From Alphaproteobacteria bacterium (GTDB lineage: Bacteria > Pseudomonadota > Alphaproteobacteria > UBA2966), in the NCBI GenBank assembly GCA_964291395.2, contig OZ219856.1, forward strand, positions 2,560,001 through 2,624,000: a stretch of 64,000 nucleotides of DNA, written 5' to 3'. A program made the position numbers and the translations under genes. Below are positions 1 through 9,691 of the stretch, piece by piece. How positions within the stretch are numbered: position 1 is the stretch's first letter; each line of letters starts with the position of its first letter. The notes below the pieces were generated by a model. That model was not told the DNA's origin. It saw only the letters and a list, made by a program, of their open reading frames with translations, and ran no database searches.

Positions 1-1722
1 CCGGGAGCGGCCACTGCCGCCGGCGTCGTCCGTGGCGCACAATGCGCCGCATGGAGCGGAGCCGCACGCCCATTCGACCGCCAGGACACGTCGCGCACCG
101 CGGCCATCGCAGGTCAGGCACAGGACTCGGGGAATGGCCCCGCTTGCGAGGCCGGGCTTTCGGCCGTGCTTCACGCCGCCGACGGTGCCGTGTACGAATT
201 TGACGAGGTACTCTGGGTAACCCAGGCCGGCGCCCAGCCGTGGCTCACCGATTCCGGACTCTCTACCGACGAGGACGGCTTCGTTGCGGTGCGGCCGACC
301 CTCGAATCGATTTCCCACCCGGGCATCTTCGCCGCGGGTGACTGTGCCGCGGTGCTCGAACACCCGCGCGAGAAGGCCGGGGTTTTTGCCGTTCGGCAGG
401 GTCCGCCGCTCGCGGAGAACCTGCGCCGAGCGCTCCGTGGCATTGCGCTGAAGCCGTTCGCCCCGCAGCGCCGGTACCTCAGCCTCATCAGCACCGGCGA
501 TCGGCGTGCCGTCGCCACACGGGGCGGTCCGATCGTCCTCGACGGAGAATGGGTGTGGCGATGGAAGGACTGGATCGACCGACGGTTCATGCGCAAGTTT
601 GCCGATCTTCCGGAGATGAGCGACGACGAGAAGCTCGATCTGGCGAGCGGGCTCGCCGGCGATGATGCAATCGAGGAACTCTCGGCCATCGCGATGCGTT
701 GCGGCGGATGCGGGGCCAAGGTCGGCGCGACGGTGCTCGGGCGAGTGATGAACGAGATCGAGCCGGTGGCGCGTGACGACGTGCTCATCGGGCTCGCGGA
801 TCCCGACGACGCGGCGGTAGTGGAGACGCCGCCCGGCAAGGTGATGGTGCATACCGTCGATTCGTTCCGTGCCATGATCGACGATCCGTACCTCTTCGGC
901 CGTATCGCCGCCAACCATAGCCTCGGCGACGTCTTCGCGATGGGCGGCGAGCCGCAGACCGCGCTCGCCATCGCCACGTTACCCTACGGGATCGAGACCC
1001 AGGTCGAGGACACGCTGAGTCAGATGATGGCCGGCGCGACGGAGGTGCTGCACGAGGCCGGCGCCGCGCTCGTGGGCGGACATACGAGTGAGGGCGCGGA
1101 GCTAGCGCTCGGATTCGCGGTTAGCGGACTGATCGACCGAGAGAAGATCCTGCGCAAGGGCGGAATGCGCCCGGGCGACCGGCTGCTGGTCACCAAGCCG
1201 CTCGGCACCGGCGCGCTCTTCGCCGCAAACATGCGGCACAAGGCGCGCGGGGCGTGGATTACGGCAGCCCTCGATTCGATGCAGCTTTCGAATCACGCAG
1301 GCGCCCGGTGTCTGCACCGCCGCAGCTCGAGCGCGTGCACCGACGTGACGGGCTTCGGACTGCTCGGTCACTTGGTCGAGATGATCCGCGCCTCCGAGGT
1401 CGAGGTGGAGCTCGATCTGGGAGCCATCCCAATCCTCCCGGGTGCCCTAGACACCGTCGCGGCGGGGATCACGAGCTCCCTTCAGCCTCAGAACCTGCGG
1501 CTGCGACGTGCGGTGCGCGATCACGACCGGGTGGCTGACGACCCCCGCTGGCCGCTCCTCTTCGATCCACAGACTGCGGGAGGACTGCTTGCATCTGTTG
1601 CCGAAAGCGAAGCCGAGGCGTGCGTCGAGGAGCTACGTTCGCTTGGCTATCCGCATACCGCCCTTATCGGACGCGTCATCGCCCGCAGCGACGCCCTGGA
1701 GCCGATTACGCTGTCAGCTTGA
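1..1722 (+). CDS. selD: Selenide, water dikinase (selenophosphate synthetase, SenC role) fused to an N-terminal FAD-dependent pyridine nucleotide-disulfide oxidoreductase domain; 5' end outside window
   Basis: Frame is open from base 1. Oxidoreductase motifs IFAAGDCA and KAGVFAVRQG precede SelD motifs MRCGGCGAKVG, DDAAV, HTVDSF, GGHTSEG, TDVTGFGLLGHL and LFDPQTAGGLL. Confidence 0.93.
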   Translation, partial: PGAATAAGVVRGAQCAAWSGAARPFDRQDTSRTAAIAGQAQDSGNGPACEAGLSAVLHAADGAVYEFDEVLWVTQAGAQPWLTDSGLSTDEDGFVAVRPTLESISHPGIFAAGDCAAVLEHPREKAGVFAVRQGPPLAENLRRALRGIALKPFAPQRRYLSLISTGDRRAVATRGGPIVLDGEWVWRWKDWIDRRFMRKFADLPEMSDDEKLDLASGLAGDDAIEELSAIAMRCGGCGAKVGATVLGRVMNEIEPVARDDVLIGLADPDDAAVVETPPGKVMVHTVDSFRAMIDDPYLFGRIAANHSLGDVFAMGGEPQTALAIATLPYGIETQVEDTLSQMMAGATEVLHEAGAALVGGHTSEGAELALGFAVSGLIDREKILRKGGMRPGDRLLVTKPLGTGALFAANMRHKARGAWITAALDSMQLSNHAGARCLHRRSSSACTDVTGFGLLGHLVEMIRASEVEVELDLGAIPILPGALDTVAAGITSSLQPQNLRLRRAVRDHDRVADDPRWPLLFDPQTAGGLLASVAESEAEACVEELRSLGYPHTALIGRVIARSDALEPITLSA

Positions 1723-1804
1723 CGTGTAAAGCGGGTCCCGCGACCCACTCGCTCTATCGTCGGAGAGTCTTCGGGGGAATCCGTACGCTTGATCGCGGTC
1801 CGCG

Positions 1805-2782
1805 TCAGCGATCCGAGAGCTCGCCGAGCAGCGCGGCCCAGGCCGAACGCTCGCGCTCTGGCATAAACCGGTCGCATCGCGCGTCGCCGTGCGCGCGCAC
1901 CGCTTCGAGAAATCCGGAATCGGTCTCGGCTCGACGGAGCAACGCGTACAGGGCTTCGGTGTCGCCTGCTGGATACAAAGCGGGATGGTCTCGCCCGAGC
2001 AACCCGACGTTTCCGGGGATCTCGGAAGCGATGACCGGCACGCCGGCCACCACGGCTTCCGAAACCACGTTCGCACCGCCCTCCATGATCGAGCTCATCA
2101 CCATCGCGTGAGCGCGTGCCAAGGTGCGCCGGACCTGCCAGCGCGGCACCTCCCCGCGCCAGACATAACGCGGGTTCGCGGCCATCTCGATGCGCGCTTT
2201 CCGCGCGTGCGCCGCGTCGTGCGGCTTGCCGAGATGAATGATCCGTAGCCTCGACGCGTCCGGCACCGACCGCGCGGCGTACGCCGCGCGGAACGGATCC
2301 TTTTCATCGCGCAGATGGCCGATGACGCATACATCGAAGCTTCGCCGCGAGGGGTTTCTTGGCGCAGGCAGAGGCAGCGCCGATTGGTGAATGACCCGAA
2401 GCTTCGACCGGAACCGTGGCGGCAGATCGTCGGCCACGGCATCGTGCAGGCCGACCAACCGGTCCGCGGCCGCGATCGACGCGATGGTCTCCTTTGCGTG
2501 GCTGTGCTGGAAGCGGTAGATGTCGGTGCCGGACATGAGCACGACGAGGGGTCGAGAGGGATGACGAGCGCGGAACGCAGCCACCGAAGCCGCGCTCCGC
2601 CAAGCGTGGATGGCGATCAGAATGTCAGTGGTCTCCGGCTGAACCGCACCCGGCCACGCTTCGTCTATTGTCGTCGAATGGCCGAGCGACTCCAGGATGC
2701 GCGCCCAGCGCACCGCGGTGGTCCGGTTGCCGCTCCGCGATCGTTTCGCGGCTGGAGTAATCACGCTAATGTTCAGCGTCAT
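1805..2782 (-). CDS. senB: Selenosugar synthase SenB (GT-B glycosyltransferase)
   Basis: Motifs ITPA..SGNRTTAVRWARIL, IHAWRSA, GTDIY, GHLRDEKDPF and MEGGANVVSEA; lies between selD and an EgtB-like gene. Confidence 0.88.
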   Translation of the reverse strand: MTLNISVITPAAKRSRSGNRTTAVRWARILESLGHSTTIDEAWPGAVQPETTDILIAIHAWRSAASVAAFRARHPSRPLVVLMSGTDIYRFQHSHAKETIASIAAADRLVGLHDAVADDLPPRFRSKLRVIHQSALPLPAPRNPSRRSFDVCVIGHLRDEKDPFRAAYAARSVPDASRLRIIHLGKPHDAAHARKARIEMAANPRYVWRGEVPRWQVRRTLARAHAMVMSSIMEGGANVVSEAVVAGVPVIASEIPGNVGLLGRDHPALYPAGDTEALYALLRRAETDSGFLEAVRAHGDARCDRFMPERERSAWAALLGELSDR

Positions 2783-2808
2783 TTCCCCGAGAAATCTTGG
2801 GCTTGGTC

Positions 2809-4170
2809 ATGGGCAATATTCCGGTCGCCCCTCCTTCGGAGGGCATCCCTCCGGTCAAGGAGGTCACATCGGCGACGCTCGAAGCCTACATCCGCGATGC
2901 GCATTCGCGTACCCGGGAGCTGATCGACGACCTCACCGACGAGCAGCTCATGGGACCTCGACTGCGTATCGTCAACCCGATGCGGTGGGAGATCGGACAC
3001 GTCGCGTGGTTCCATGAGCACTTCATCCTGCAGCGCGTGTACGGCGAGGTGCCCTTGCTTGCCAACGGCCACGCGCTCTACGACTCCATTGCGATTCATC
3101 ACGACGCGCGCTGGGATCTGCCGCTGCCTTCGCGCTCGGAGACTCTCGCCTACATGCAGCGGGTGCATGATCGCCTGCTTGAGAGGCTCCAGCCCGGCAT
3201 CGCGAGCGCGGTCGACAGCTATCTCTACCAGTTCACTTCCTTCCACGAGGACATGCACGACGAGGCGTTCACGTGGACACGCCAAACGCTCGCCTATCCG
3301 CGCCCGCGATTCTCGGCGGCATCCGATCCCGGGCCGCCGACCGATGCCGACGCCGGCGAGCTGCCCGGAGATGTGTCCGTACCTGGCGGAGAGTTTCTAG
3401 CCGGCGCGCCCGGGGATGCGCCGTTCGTGTTCGACAACGAGAAGTGGTCCCATCCTGTGGAGGCCCGGCCGTTTCGCATCGCCCGGGCGCCGGTGACCAA
3501 CGCCGAGTTCGCCGAATTCGTCGACGACGGCGGCTACACGCGCTGCGAGCACTGGACCGAAGCAGGGTGGCGGTGGCGCGAATCCGTACAGGCCGAACAC
3601 CCCGTGTACTGGAAGCGCGACGGTGAAGGCGGATGGCTGGTCCGGCAGTTCGATGAGACGCTCCCGCTTGCCCCCCATCGCCCCGTCATTCACGTCAACT
3701 GGTACGAGGCGAGCGCTTGGTGCCGGTGGGCGGGCCGGCGCTTGCCGCGCGAACGCGAATGGGAAGCGGCCGCCCTCGGCGAGCCCGCGGCGGGCGAAGC
3801 GTTCCTCGCGGAGACGAAACGGCGTTATCCCTGGGGTGGTGAGGCCGCAGATTCCGCTCGCGCGAATCTGGACGGTCGCTCCCTCGGCTGCGTCGACGTC
3901 GCGGCGCTGCCGGCCGGCGACAGTGCATTCGGCTGCCGCCAGATGCTTGGCAACGTCTGGGAGTGGTGCGAGGACGCCTTCTGCCCGTACCCCGGCTTCA
4001 CTCCCGATGCCTACAAGGAGTACTCGCAGACCCTGTTCGGTCATACCCGGGTGCTGCGCGGTGGCGCGTGGATGACCCGCTCACGCATGGTGACCGGGCT
4101 CTACCGGAACTTCTTCGGTCCGGACCGCCGTGACGTCTTCGCGGGATTCAGGACCTGCGCGATGGAGTGA
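2809..4170 (+). CDS. senA: Selenoneine synthase SenA (DinB + FGE-sulfatase domains, EgtB homologue)
   Basis: NPMRWEIGHVAWF and HEDMHDEAF iron-ligand motifs (SenA-type rather than EgtB SPxKWHLAH/HEQQHQE), FDNEK, GNVWEW, GFRTC. ATG at 2809; alternative TTG at 2797. Confidence 0.88.
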   Translation: MGNIPVAPPSEGIPPVKEVTSATLEAYIRDAHSRTRELIDDLTDEQLMGPRLRIVNPMRWEIGHVAWFHEHFILQRVYGEVPLLANGHALYDSIAIHHDARWDLPLPSRSETLAYMQRVHDRLLERLQPGIASAVDSYLYQFTSFHEDMHDEAFTWTRQTLAYPRPRFSAASDPGPPTDADAGELPGDVSVPGGEFLAGAPGDAPFVFDNEKWSHPVEARPFRIARAPVTNAEFAEFVDDGGYTRCEHWTEAGWRWRESVQAEHPVYWKRDGEGGWLVRQFDETLPLAPHRPVIHVNWYEASAWCRWAGRRLPREREWEAAALGEPAAGEAFLAETKRRYPWGGEAADSARANLDGRSLGCVDVAALPAGDSAFGCRQMLGNVWEWCEDAFCPYPGFTPDAYKEYSQTLFGHTRVLRGGAWMTRSRMVTGLYRNFFGPDRRDVFAGFRTCAME

Positions 4171-4178
4171 ATCCGTCC

Positions 4179-4550
4179 ATGATTGCGAACCTCCGTCAGG
4201 AAGCTGCAAACGGTGTTGAACCGGACGAACCCGCAAGGAGCACGAATCCGATCGATATGGAAACCGAAGGCTGGACCATGTTCACCGACGACGACGCATC
4301 GACCTGAACGATGATCTGGAGGCGACTACTGCACGACGCGTTCAAGCTGACGGCAGCGGGCCCGGACCTTCTCATGCGTAGCGCCCTGGTCAAATCCGCT
4401 GCCGCCCAAAGCTTCCGGCCTCGGTTTCCGTCGCGCCCGGACGGGTCGGCAGAGGCCCAAGGCCGCAAGGACATCGCGCCCACCCGCAACTTCTTCAATC
4501 TGCATCAACGCTGGCAATTCGCTGTCCTTCGCCTCGCGGACGCTGCGTGA
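4179..4550 (+). other. Two in-frame short ORFs (4179-4307 and 4311-4550) separated by a single TGA; coding status unknown
   Basis: Manual translation gives MIANLRQ...DDDAST*TMIWRR...LADAA*. Fills the senA-egtD gap; no homology recognised. Confidence 0.25.
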
Positions 4551-5530
4551 TAACGGTGGGCCAGACGCCGAACATGCCGCTCACGGCGGACCTCCAGCGG
4601 GCCGAAGGGGCGGACGATTTTCTCCGGGATGTACTCGACGGCCTGAGCGACGCGCCCAAGAACTTGCCGTGCAAATATTTCTACGATGCACGTGGATCGC
4701 AGCTTTTCGACCGGATATGCGCCCTGGAGGAGTACTACCTGACGCGTACCGAGATCGCGCTGCTCACAGAGCATGCCGACCGAATCGCCGCCGCATTCGG
4801 ACCGCAGTCGACCCTCGTCGAGTTCGGCAGCGGCTCGTGCGCGAAGGTAGGGATCCTGCTGGATGTACTCGAGAGACCGCGCGCCTACGTCCCGATCGAC
4901 ATCTCCTACGCGCATATGGCGGCAGCAGCGGCCAGACTGGCCGCGGTGCACCCGAGACTCGAGGTCCGGCCCGTCTCGGCCGATTACACGCGCCCCCTGG
5001 ATCTACCGCACGACTTGCACGGGCAGGGTTGCGTCGGCTTCTTTCCCGGATCGACGATCGGGAATTTCACCCCCCACGACGCCCATTCCTTCCTCAACGA
5101 TGCGCGGCTCTGGCTCGGCGCCGGCAGCCGCTTCCTGATCGGCGTGGATTTGAAAAAACCCGAGTCCATTCTGCATGCCGCCTACAATGACGAGGCTGGG
5201 ATCACGGCAACCTTCAATCTCAACCTGCTGCGTCGCATCAACCGTGAGATCGGCGCCGACTTCATTCTGGACAACTTCGAGCACGAGGCCCGCTACGATG
5301 CGATCGAAGGCCGGATCGAGATGCATCTGCTAAGCCGTGAAGCCCAGTGCGTCACCGTTGCGGGACGTGCATTCGACTTTGCTGCCGGCGAGACCATCCA
5401 CACGGAGAACTCGTACAAATACACTGCCGGGGAGTTTCACTCGCTGGTCGCCGGCGCCGGATGGTCGGTCGAGGCATGGTGGACGGACCGGGACGGACTC
5501 TTCAGCGTACACCTCCTCGTCACGCCCTGA
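4547..5530 (+). CDS. egtD: L-histidine N(alpha)-methyltransferase (hercynine synthesis)
   Basis: KYFYDARGSQLFDRIC, EYYLTRTE, EFGSGS, FPGSTIGNF, AYNDEAGITATFNLN, IHTENSYKY. Start is GTG 4547 or ATG 4574. Confidence 0.95.
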   Translation: MITVGQTPNMPLTADLQRAEGADDFLRDVLDGLSDAPKNLPCKYFYDARGSQLFDRICALEEYYLTRTEIALLTEHADRIAAAFGPQSTLVEFGSGSCAKVGILLDVLERPRAYVPIDISYAHMAAAAARLAAVHPRLEVRPVSADYTRPLDLPHDLHGQGCVGFFPGSTIGNFTPHDAHSFLNDARLWLGAGSRFLIGVDLKKPESILHAAYNDEAGITATFNLNLLRRINREIGADFILDNFEHEARYDAIEGRIEMHLLSREAQCVTVAGRAFDFAAGETIHTENSYKYTAGEFHSLVAGAGWSVEAWWTDRDGLFSVHLLVTP

Positions 5531-5713
5531 ACATTGTCGGATTTCTCCCGATACCTCGATTTCTTGTGATCTCCTTCGCAATCGTCGATCTCTCCCAGGG
5601 GGATGCCCTGATGGAACTGTCTCGATAGCCGGATAGCGGTCTGGAACCGATGCTTGCAGCCCAGGACCGCGGCGGGCATATATCCATGATCCACCGACGC
5701 GGAGAGACTCATC

Positions 5714-6697
5714 ATGAAATGCCGGTTATTCGCCGCGGTGGCGGCAGCTATCATCGGAACCTCGGGGGACGCGGCGGCCGAGTTCGTCCCCGCCATAGTC
5801 TTCGATACAGGCGGCAAGTTCGACAAGTCGTTCAACGAGGCGGCCTACAACGGCGCCGAGAGATTCAAGACGGAGACCGGGATTGCCTATCGCGAATTCG
5901 AGGTCGCCCAGGTCTCGCAGCGTGAGCAGACGATCCGAAATATGGCGCGACGCGGCGCGACGGTCGTTGTGGCTGTGGGCTTTTCCCAGGCACCCGCGGT
6001 CGGCGAGGTAGCCCGGGAATTCCCGGACACCAAATTCACCCTGATCGACGCGGCAGTCGATCTGCCCAACGTGCAGTCCGTGATCTTCAAGGAGCACGAG
6101 GGATCGTTTCTGGTGGGCATGGCCGCGGCATTGGCCTCGAAAACCGGAAAGATCGGCTTCATCGGTGGCATGGACATCCCGCTGATTCGCAAGTTCTTCG
6201 TCGGTTACACCGAAGGCGCCAAACACGTTAGCCCGGACATCGTTGTGCTCATGGATATGATCGGCACGACGTCGGCGGCCTGGAATAATCCGACTAGGGG
6301 GGGCGAATTGGCCAACAGCCAGTTCGACCTGGGGGCTGACGTGATCTACGCCGCCGCCGGCGGCACCGGCATCGGCGTCTACCAAGCAGCGAATGATCGG
6401 GGCAAACTGGCCATCGGAGTGGATTCGAATCAGAACTATATACACCCCGGAACAATGCTGACCTCGATGATCAAGCGTGTGGACGTGGCCGTGTACGACG
6501 CTTTCATGTCGGCGAAGGACGGCACCTGGAAACCCGGCGTCGTCGTACTCGGGCTCAAGGAGGACGGCGTCGGCTTCGCCCTCGACGAACACAACCGGAG
6601 CCTGATTTCGCCGGTCATGGAAGCCAAGATCGAACAGGCCCGCAAGAACATCATCGCCGGCAAGATTCAGGTCACCGACTACACGGCTGAAAACTAG
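5714..6697 (+). CDS. BMP family ABC substrate-binding protein (nucleoside/purine type)
   Basis: Signal peptide; GGKFDKSFN, FKEHEGSFLVG, AAGGTG, IGVDSNQ, TSMIKRVD. Confidence 0.92.
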   Translation: MKCRLFAAVAAAIIGTSGDAAAEFVPAIVFDTGGKFDKSFNEAAYNGAERFKTETGIAYREFEVAQVSQREQTIRNMARRGATVVVAVGFSQAPAVGEVAREFPDTKFTLIDAAVDLPNVQSVIFKEHEGSFLVGMAAALASKTGKIGFIGGMDIPLIRKFFVGYTEGAKHVSPDIVVLMDMIGTTSAAWNNPTRGGELANSQFDLGADVIYAAAGGTGIGVYQAANDRGKLAIGVDSNQNYIHPGTMLTSMIKRVDVAVYDAFMSAKDGTWKPGVVVLGLKEDGVGFALDEHNRSLISPVMEAKIEQARKNIIAGKIQVTDYTAEN

Positions 6698-6900
6698 TGC
6701 AACCGTTTAGGATTCGGAGTTCTCGAGCGGCGCGGCCATTGGGTTGAGCGCTCGTCCAACGAGAGCGTCATCGAAGGTCCTTACGCGGGCGACCAACGAC
6801 GCGATGGCGTCCGCATCGAGATTGTCCCGGATCACGACAACGCCCGGTTCCCGTTCCAGCCTGGATTTCGGCGGTTTGCAGGACCGTCGTCCGACCCCCG

Positions 6901-8013
6901 TCAAGCGGACTCCTCGGCACCGAGCCGCGCGGCAACCCATCGGTGGAAGGCGTGGCTCGGCGTGTCCATGACCGGGGAAAAGCAGCCGCCGTCGAAAGCG
7001 GGCGATTGCCGCCCCCGTTGCATTCGCTCGACGATGTCAACATCCTCCCGGAAGACCTCTTCCCAGCGAGCACGCAACCGGCTGCGCGCTTCGGCATAGG
7101 CGGGGTCGGCAGCCGCCTCTTCCAGGCACCATAACCGCGCTTCCTCCACCGTCAGATCCGGGGCGGCCGGGTCGATGCGCATGGCGAAGAAATGGTCCGT
7201 ATGCGCGCCGAGAAGCAGATTGGGATAGAGAGCCACATATTCGGCAAGCGTGCGGTCGGCCGCACCGGGCAGCTCGCCCCGGACCGCATAGTGGCTCGAC
7301 CCCTGGCCGGAAAAGGCCGTATCGACGATCGGGTAATGATCGGCGAGGGAAGAGATACGGTTGAGACCCGAATGCACCCAGGGGAGGTGATAAGCCTCGC
7401 AATAGTTCTCGACCGCAAGTTTCCAGTTGGCATTGAGCCGGAAGCGGATCGGCTCCGCGTCCGCCGGCCGATAGTGGGCGAGCGGGAAATCTCGCCACCG
7501 CCGCTGCAGCGGCGCCAGCCACTCCGCCAGGCCCGGCGCGCCGCCGTGGAGATCGACGAAGACCATGTCCAGCCAGACATCCGTGCGCACCGGGATCAAG
7601 CCGCGGTCGCTCTTGCGGAAGCCCGGCGCCTGATGGCGGCCGACGCCCCCGATATGCGGCGTGGCGCGCAACCGTCCGTTCAGGTCATAGGCCCAGCCAT
7701 GGTAGGGACAACGTACGGCTCTCATCCCGCGCGCCGGCTTCTCCAGAAGCCGGACGCCGCGATGGCGGCAGACATTGTGGAAGCAGCGGATGTTGCCGTC
7801 GGCTGTCCGCACGAGTAGCAGCGCCGTGCCCATCGCTTCCACCGGCAGCAGATCGCCGGGGGCCGCAATATCGCTTGCGAAGGCAAGGCAGAACCAGTCC
7901 CGTCCGAAGATGCGCCGACGCTCTTCGTCGAATGCTGAGGACTCCGTGTAGTAGCGGCCCGGCAGGCCGCTCGCGGCTTCGATCGGCCGTAGAACGCTTG
8001 CAAGTTCGTTCAT
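6901..8013 (-). CDS. Rieske ring-hydroxylating oxygenase alpha subunit (choline monooxygenase-like)
   Basis: Rieske CRHRG...CPYH and mononuclear iron ENYCEAYHLPWVH motifs; ATG at 8013 chosen (MNELASVL). Confidence 0.9.
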   Translation of the reverse strand: MNELASVLRPIEAASGLPGRYYTESSAFDEERRRIFGRDWFCLAFASDIAAPGDLLPVEAMGTALLLVRTADGNIRCFHNVCRHRGVRLLEKPARGMRAVRCPYHGWAYDLNGRLRATPHIGGVGRHQAPGFRKSDRGLIPVRTDVWLDMVFVDLHGGAPGLAEWLAPLQRRWRDFPLAHYRPADAEPIRFRLNANWKLAVENYCEAYHLPWVHSGLNRISSLADHYPIVDTAFSGQGSSHYAVRGELPGAADRTLAEYVALYPNLLLGAHTDHFFAMRIDPAAPDLTVEEARLWCLEEAAADPAYAEARSRLRARWEEVFREDVDIVERMQRGRQSPAFDGGCFSPVMDTPSHAFHRWVAARLGAEESA

Positions 8014-8413
8014 CGTATGGCGTCCCGTCGGGATCGGAAGGCACCCAGTCTGCAGTACGCCGTCCCGGACCAACTTGCGTGGATGCGACCTCGAACCGAA
8101 GCAAATGCGACGACGACCGTTATCGCGTGATTGGACTTGCCCCCGTCCGCGCCGGCAAATGCACACGGCACGGCTTGCAGGACGCCGCAGTCATCGACGA
8201 GGGCCCGAGTGCCTGCGGGCTCCGCTTGCCAGAGGCGGCGGGCGGCTCTTCGACGGTCACCTTTGCGTCTTGCCGCTGGTCAGCTTCTCGGACACCATGA
8301 TCAAGTTGACATGACGACTGTCGGCTTGGCTTTCGGACCAGCGATGAAGGCTCGGACGGCATGTCGAGAGTGTCCATCGACATTCGGGGTGCACACGATG
8401 GAGGAGACGAAAG

Positions 8414-9595
8414 ATGAGACGTTCTCTACTGGCTTCGGTGGGGTTGGCTATGGTGGCGTCGGCCGCGCATGCCGACATGAAGGTGGGCGTGCTAATGGGC
8501 TTTACCGGGCCGATCGAATCCCTTGTACCCAACATCGTGGCGGCGGCGGAATTGGCCATGAAGGAAGCAACGGAGTCCGGCAAGTTCCTCGGCGGCAAGC
8601 AGGTCATTCCCGTGCGGGGCGATTCCACCTGCGTCGACGCCGCGGCGGCCCAGGCGGCAGCGGAGCGCCTGATCACCTCGGACAGGGTTGCGGCGATCAT
8701 GGGCGCCGACTGCTCGGGCGTCAGCATCGCGGTGGCCAACAACGTGGCGGTGCCCAACGGCGTCGTCATGGTGTCGCCCACGGCCACGTCACCGGCGATC
8801 ACCACGTTGAATGACAGGGGCTATTTCTTCCGCACCTGTCCGTCCGATGCGCGACAGGGAGAGGTGCTGGCGAAGGTGGTTACGGCACGCGGCATCGAGG
8901 AGATCGCCGTCACCTACACCAACAACGACTACGGCAAGGGGCTGGCGGATTCGTTCTCCAACGCCTTCGAAGCGGCCGGCGGCCAGATCGTGCTGTCCGC
9001 GGCGCATGAGGACGGCAAGGCCGATTACGCCGCCGAGGTCGGCGCGCTTGCCGCGACCGGCGCGAAGCATCTGGCGGTGTTCGGCTATATCGACAAGGGC
9101 GGCAAGGGGATCATCCAGGCGTCCCTCGATGCCGGGGCGTTCGACAGGTTCATTCTCGCCGACGGCATGGTGGGCGAGTCCCTGATCGAGGCCATCGGCG
9201 AGACGCTCGACGGCTCCGTCGCCACCGCGCCGGGTTCGGATTCCCCGAACGCCATGAAGTTCCGGGACGCCGCCGCGAAGGCGGGCCTCAAGGGGGACGC
9301 GCCGTTTGCCGGGGAGGGCTACGACGCGGCGGCGCTGATCGTACTGGCCGCGCAGGCGGCGGGTACTACGGACCGGGCGGCGATCCAATCGAAGATCCTG
9401 GAGGTCGCCAACGCGCCTGGCGAGAAGATCGGCCCGACCGAGTTGGCCAAGGGGCTGAAGCTGCTCGCCGACGGCAAGGCGATCGACTACCAGGGGGCGA
9501 CGGATGTCGAGCTGACCGCCGAGGGCGACGCTTCGAGCCCCTACAAGGAGTACGAGGTCCGGGAGGGCAAGTTCACCGTAGTCAGAATACATTGA
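8414..9595 (+). CDS. Branched-chain amino acid-type ABC substrate-binding protein
   Basis: Signal peptide, GFTGP, SPTATSP, FFRTCPSD, NDYGKGLA; RBS ggagga upstream. Confidence 0.92.
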   Translation: MRRSLLASVGLAMVASAAHADMKVGVLMGFTGPIESLVPNIVAAAELAMKEATESGKFLGGKQVIPVRGDSTCVDAAAAQAAAERLITSDRVAAIMGADCSGVSIAVANNVAVPNGVVMVSPTATSPAITTLNDRGYFFRTCPSDARQGEVLAKVVTARGIEEIAVTYTNNDYGKGLADSFSNAFEAAGGQIVLSAAHEDGKADYAAEVGALAATGAKHLAVFGYIDKGGKGIIQASLDAGAFDRFILADGMVGESLIEAIGETLDGSVATAPGSDSPNAMKFRDAAAKAGLKGDAPFAGEGYDAAALIVLAAQAAGTTDRAAIQSKILEVANAPGEKIGPTELAKGLKLLADGKAIDYQGATDVELTAEGDASSPYKEYEVREGKFTVVRIH

Positions 9596-9691
9596 ACCAG
9601 TACCGGAACGGGAGTTCGCCCGGCGCGGTCCGTCAGGTCAATTCTCCGGTCTCTTGCAGAATGTACGATGCACCGGAGGAAAGGTACCCTC

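Noticed and set aside
694-725. Selenocysteine in the SelD active site
   Set aside because: The motif is encoded as Cys (CGGCGAK) with no UGA.
2809-4170. Calling this gene ergothioneine egtB
   Set aside because: Its motifs (NPxxWExGH, HEDMH) and adjacency to senB and selD fit SenA better.
6707-6860. Minus-strand GVVVIRDNLDADAIASL as a dioxygenase gene remnant
   Set aside because: The resemblance is too short and has no catalytic motif.
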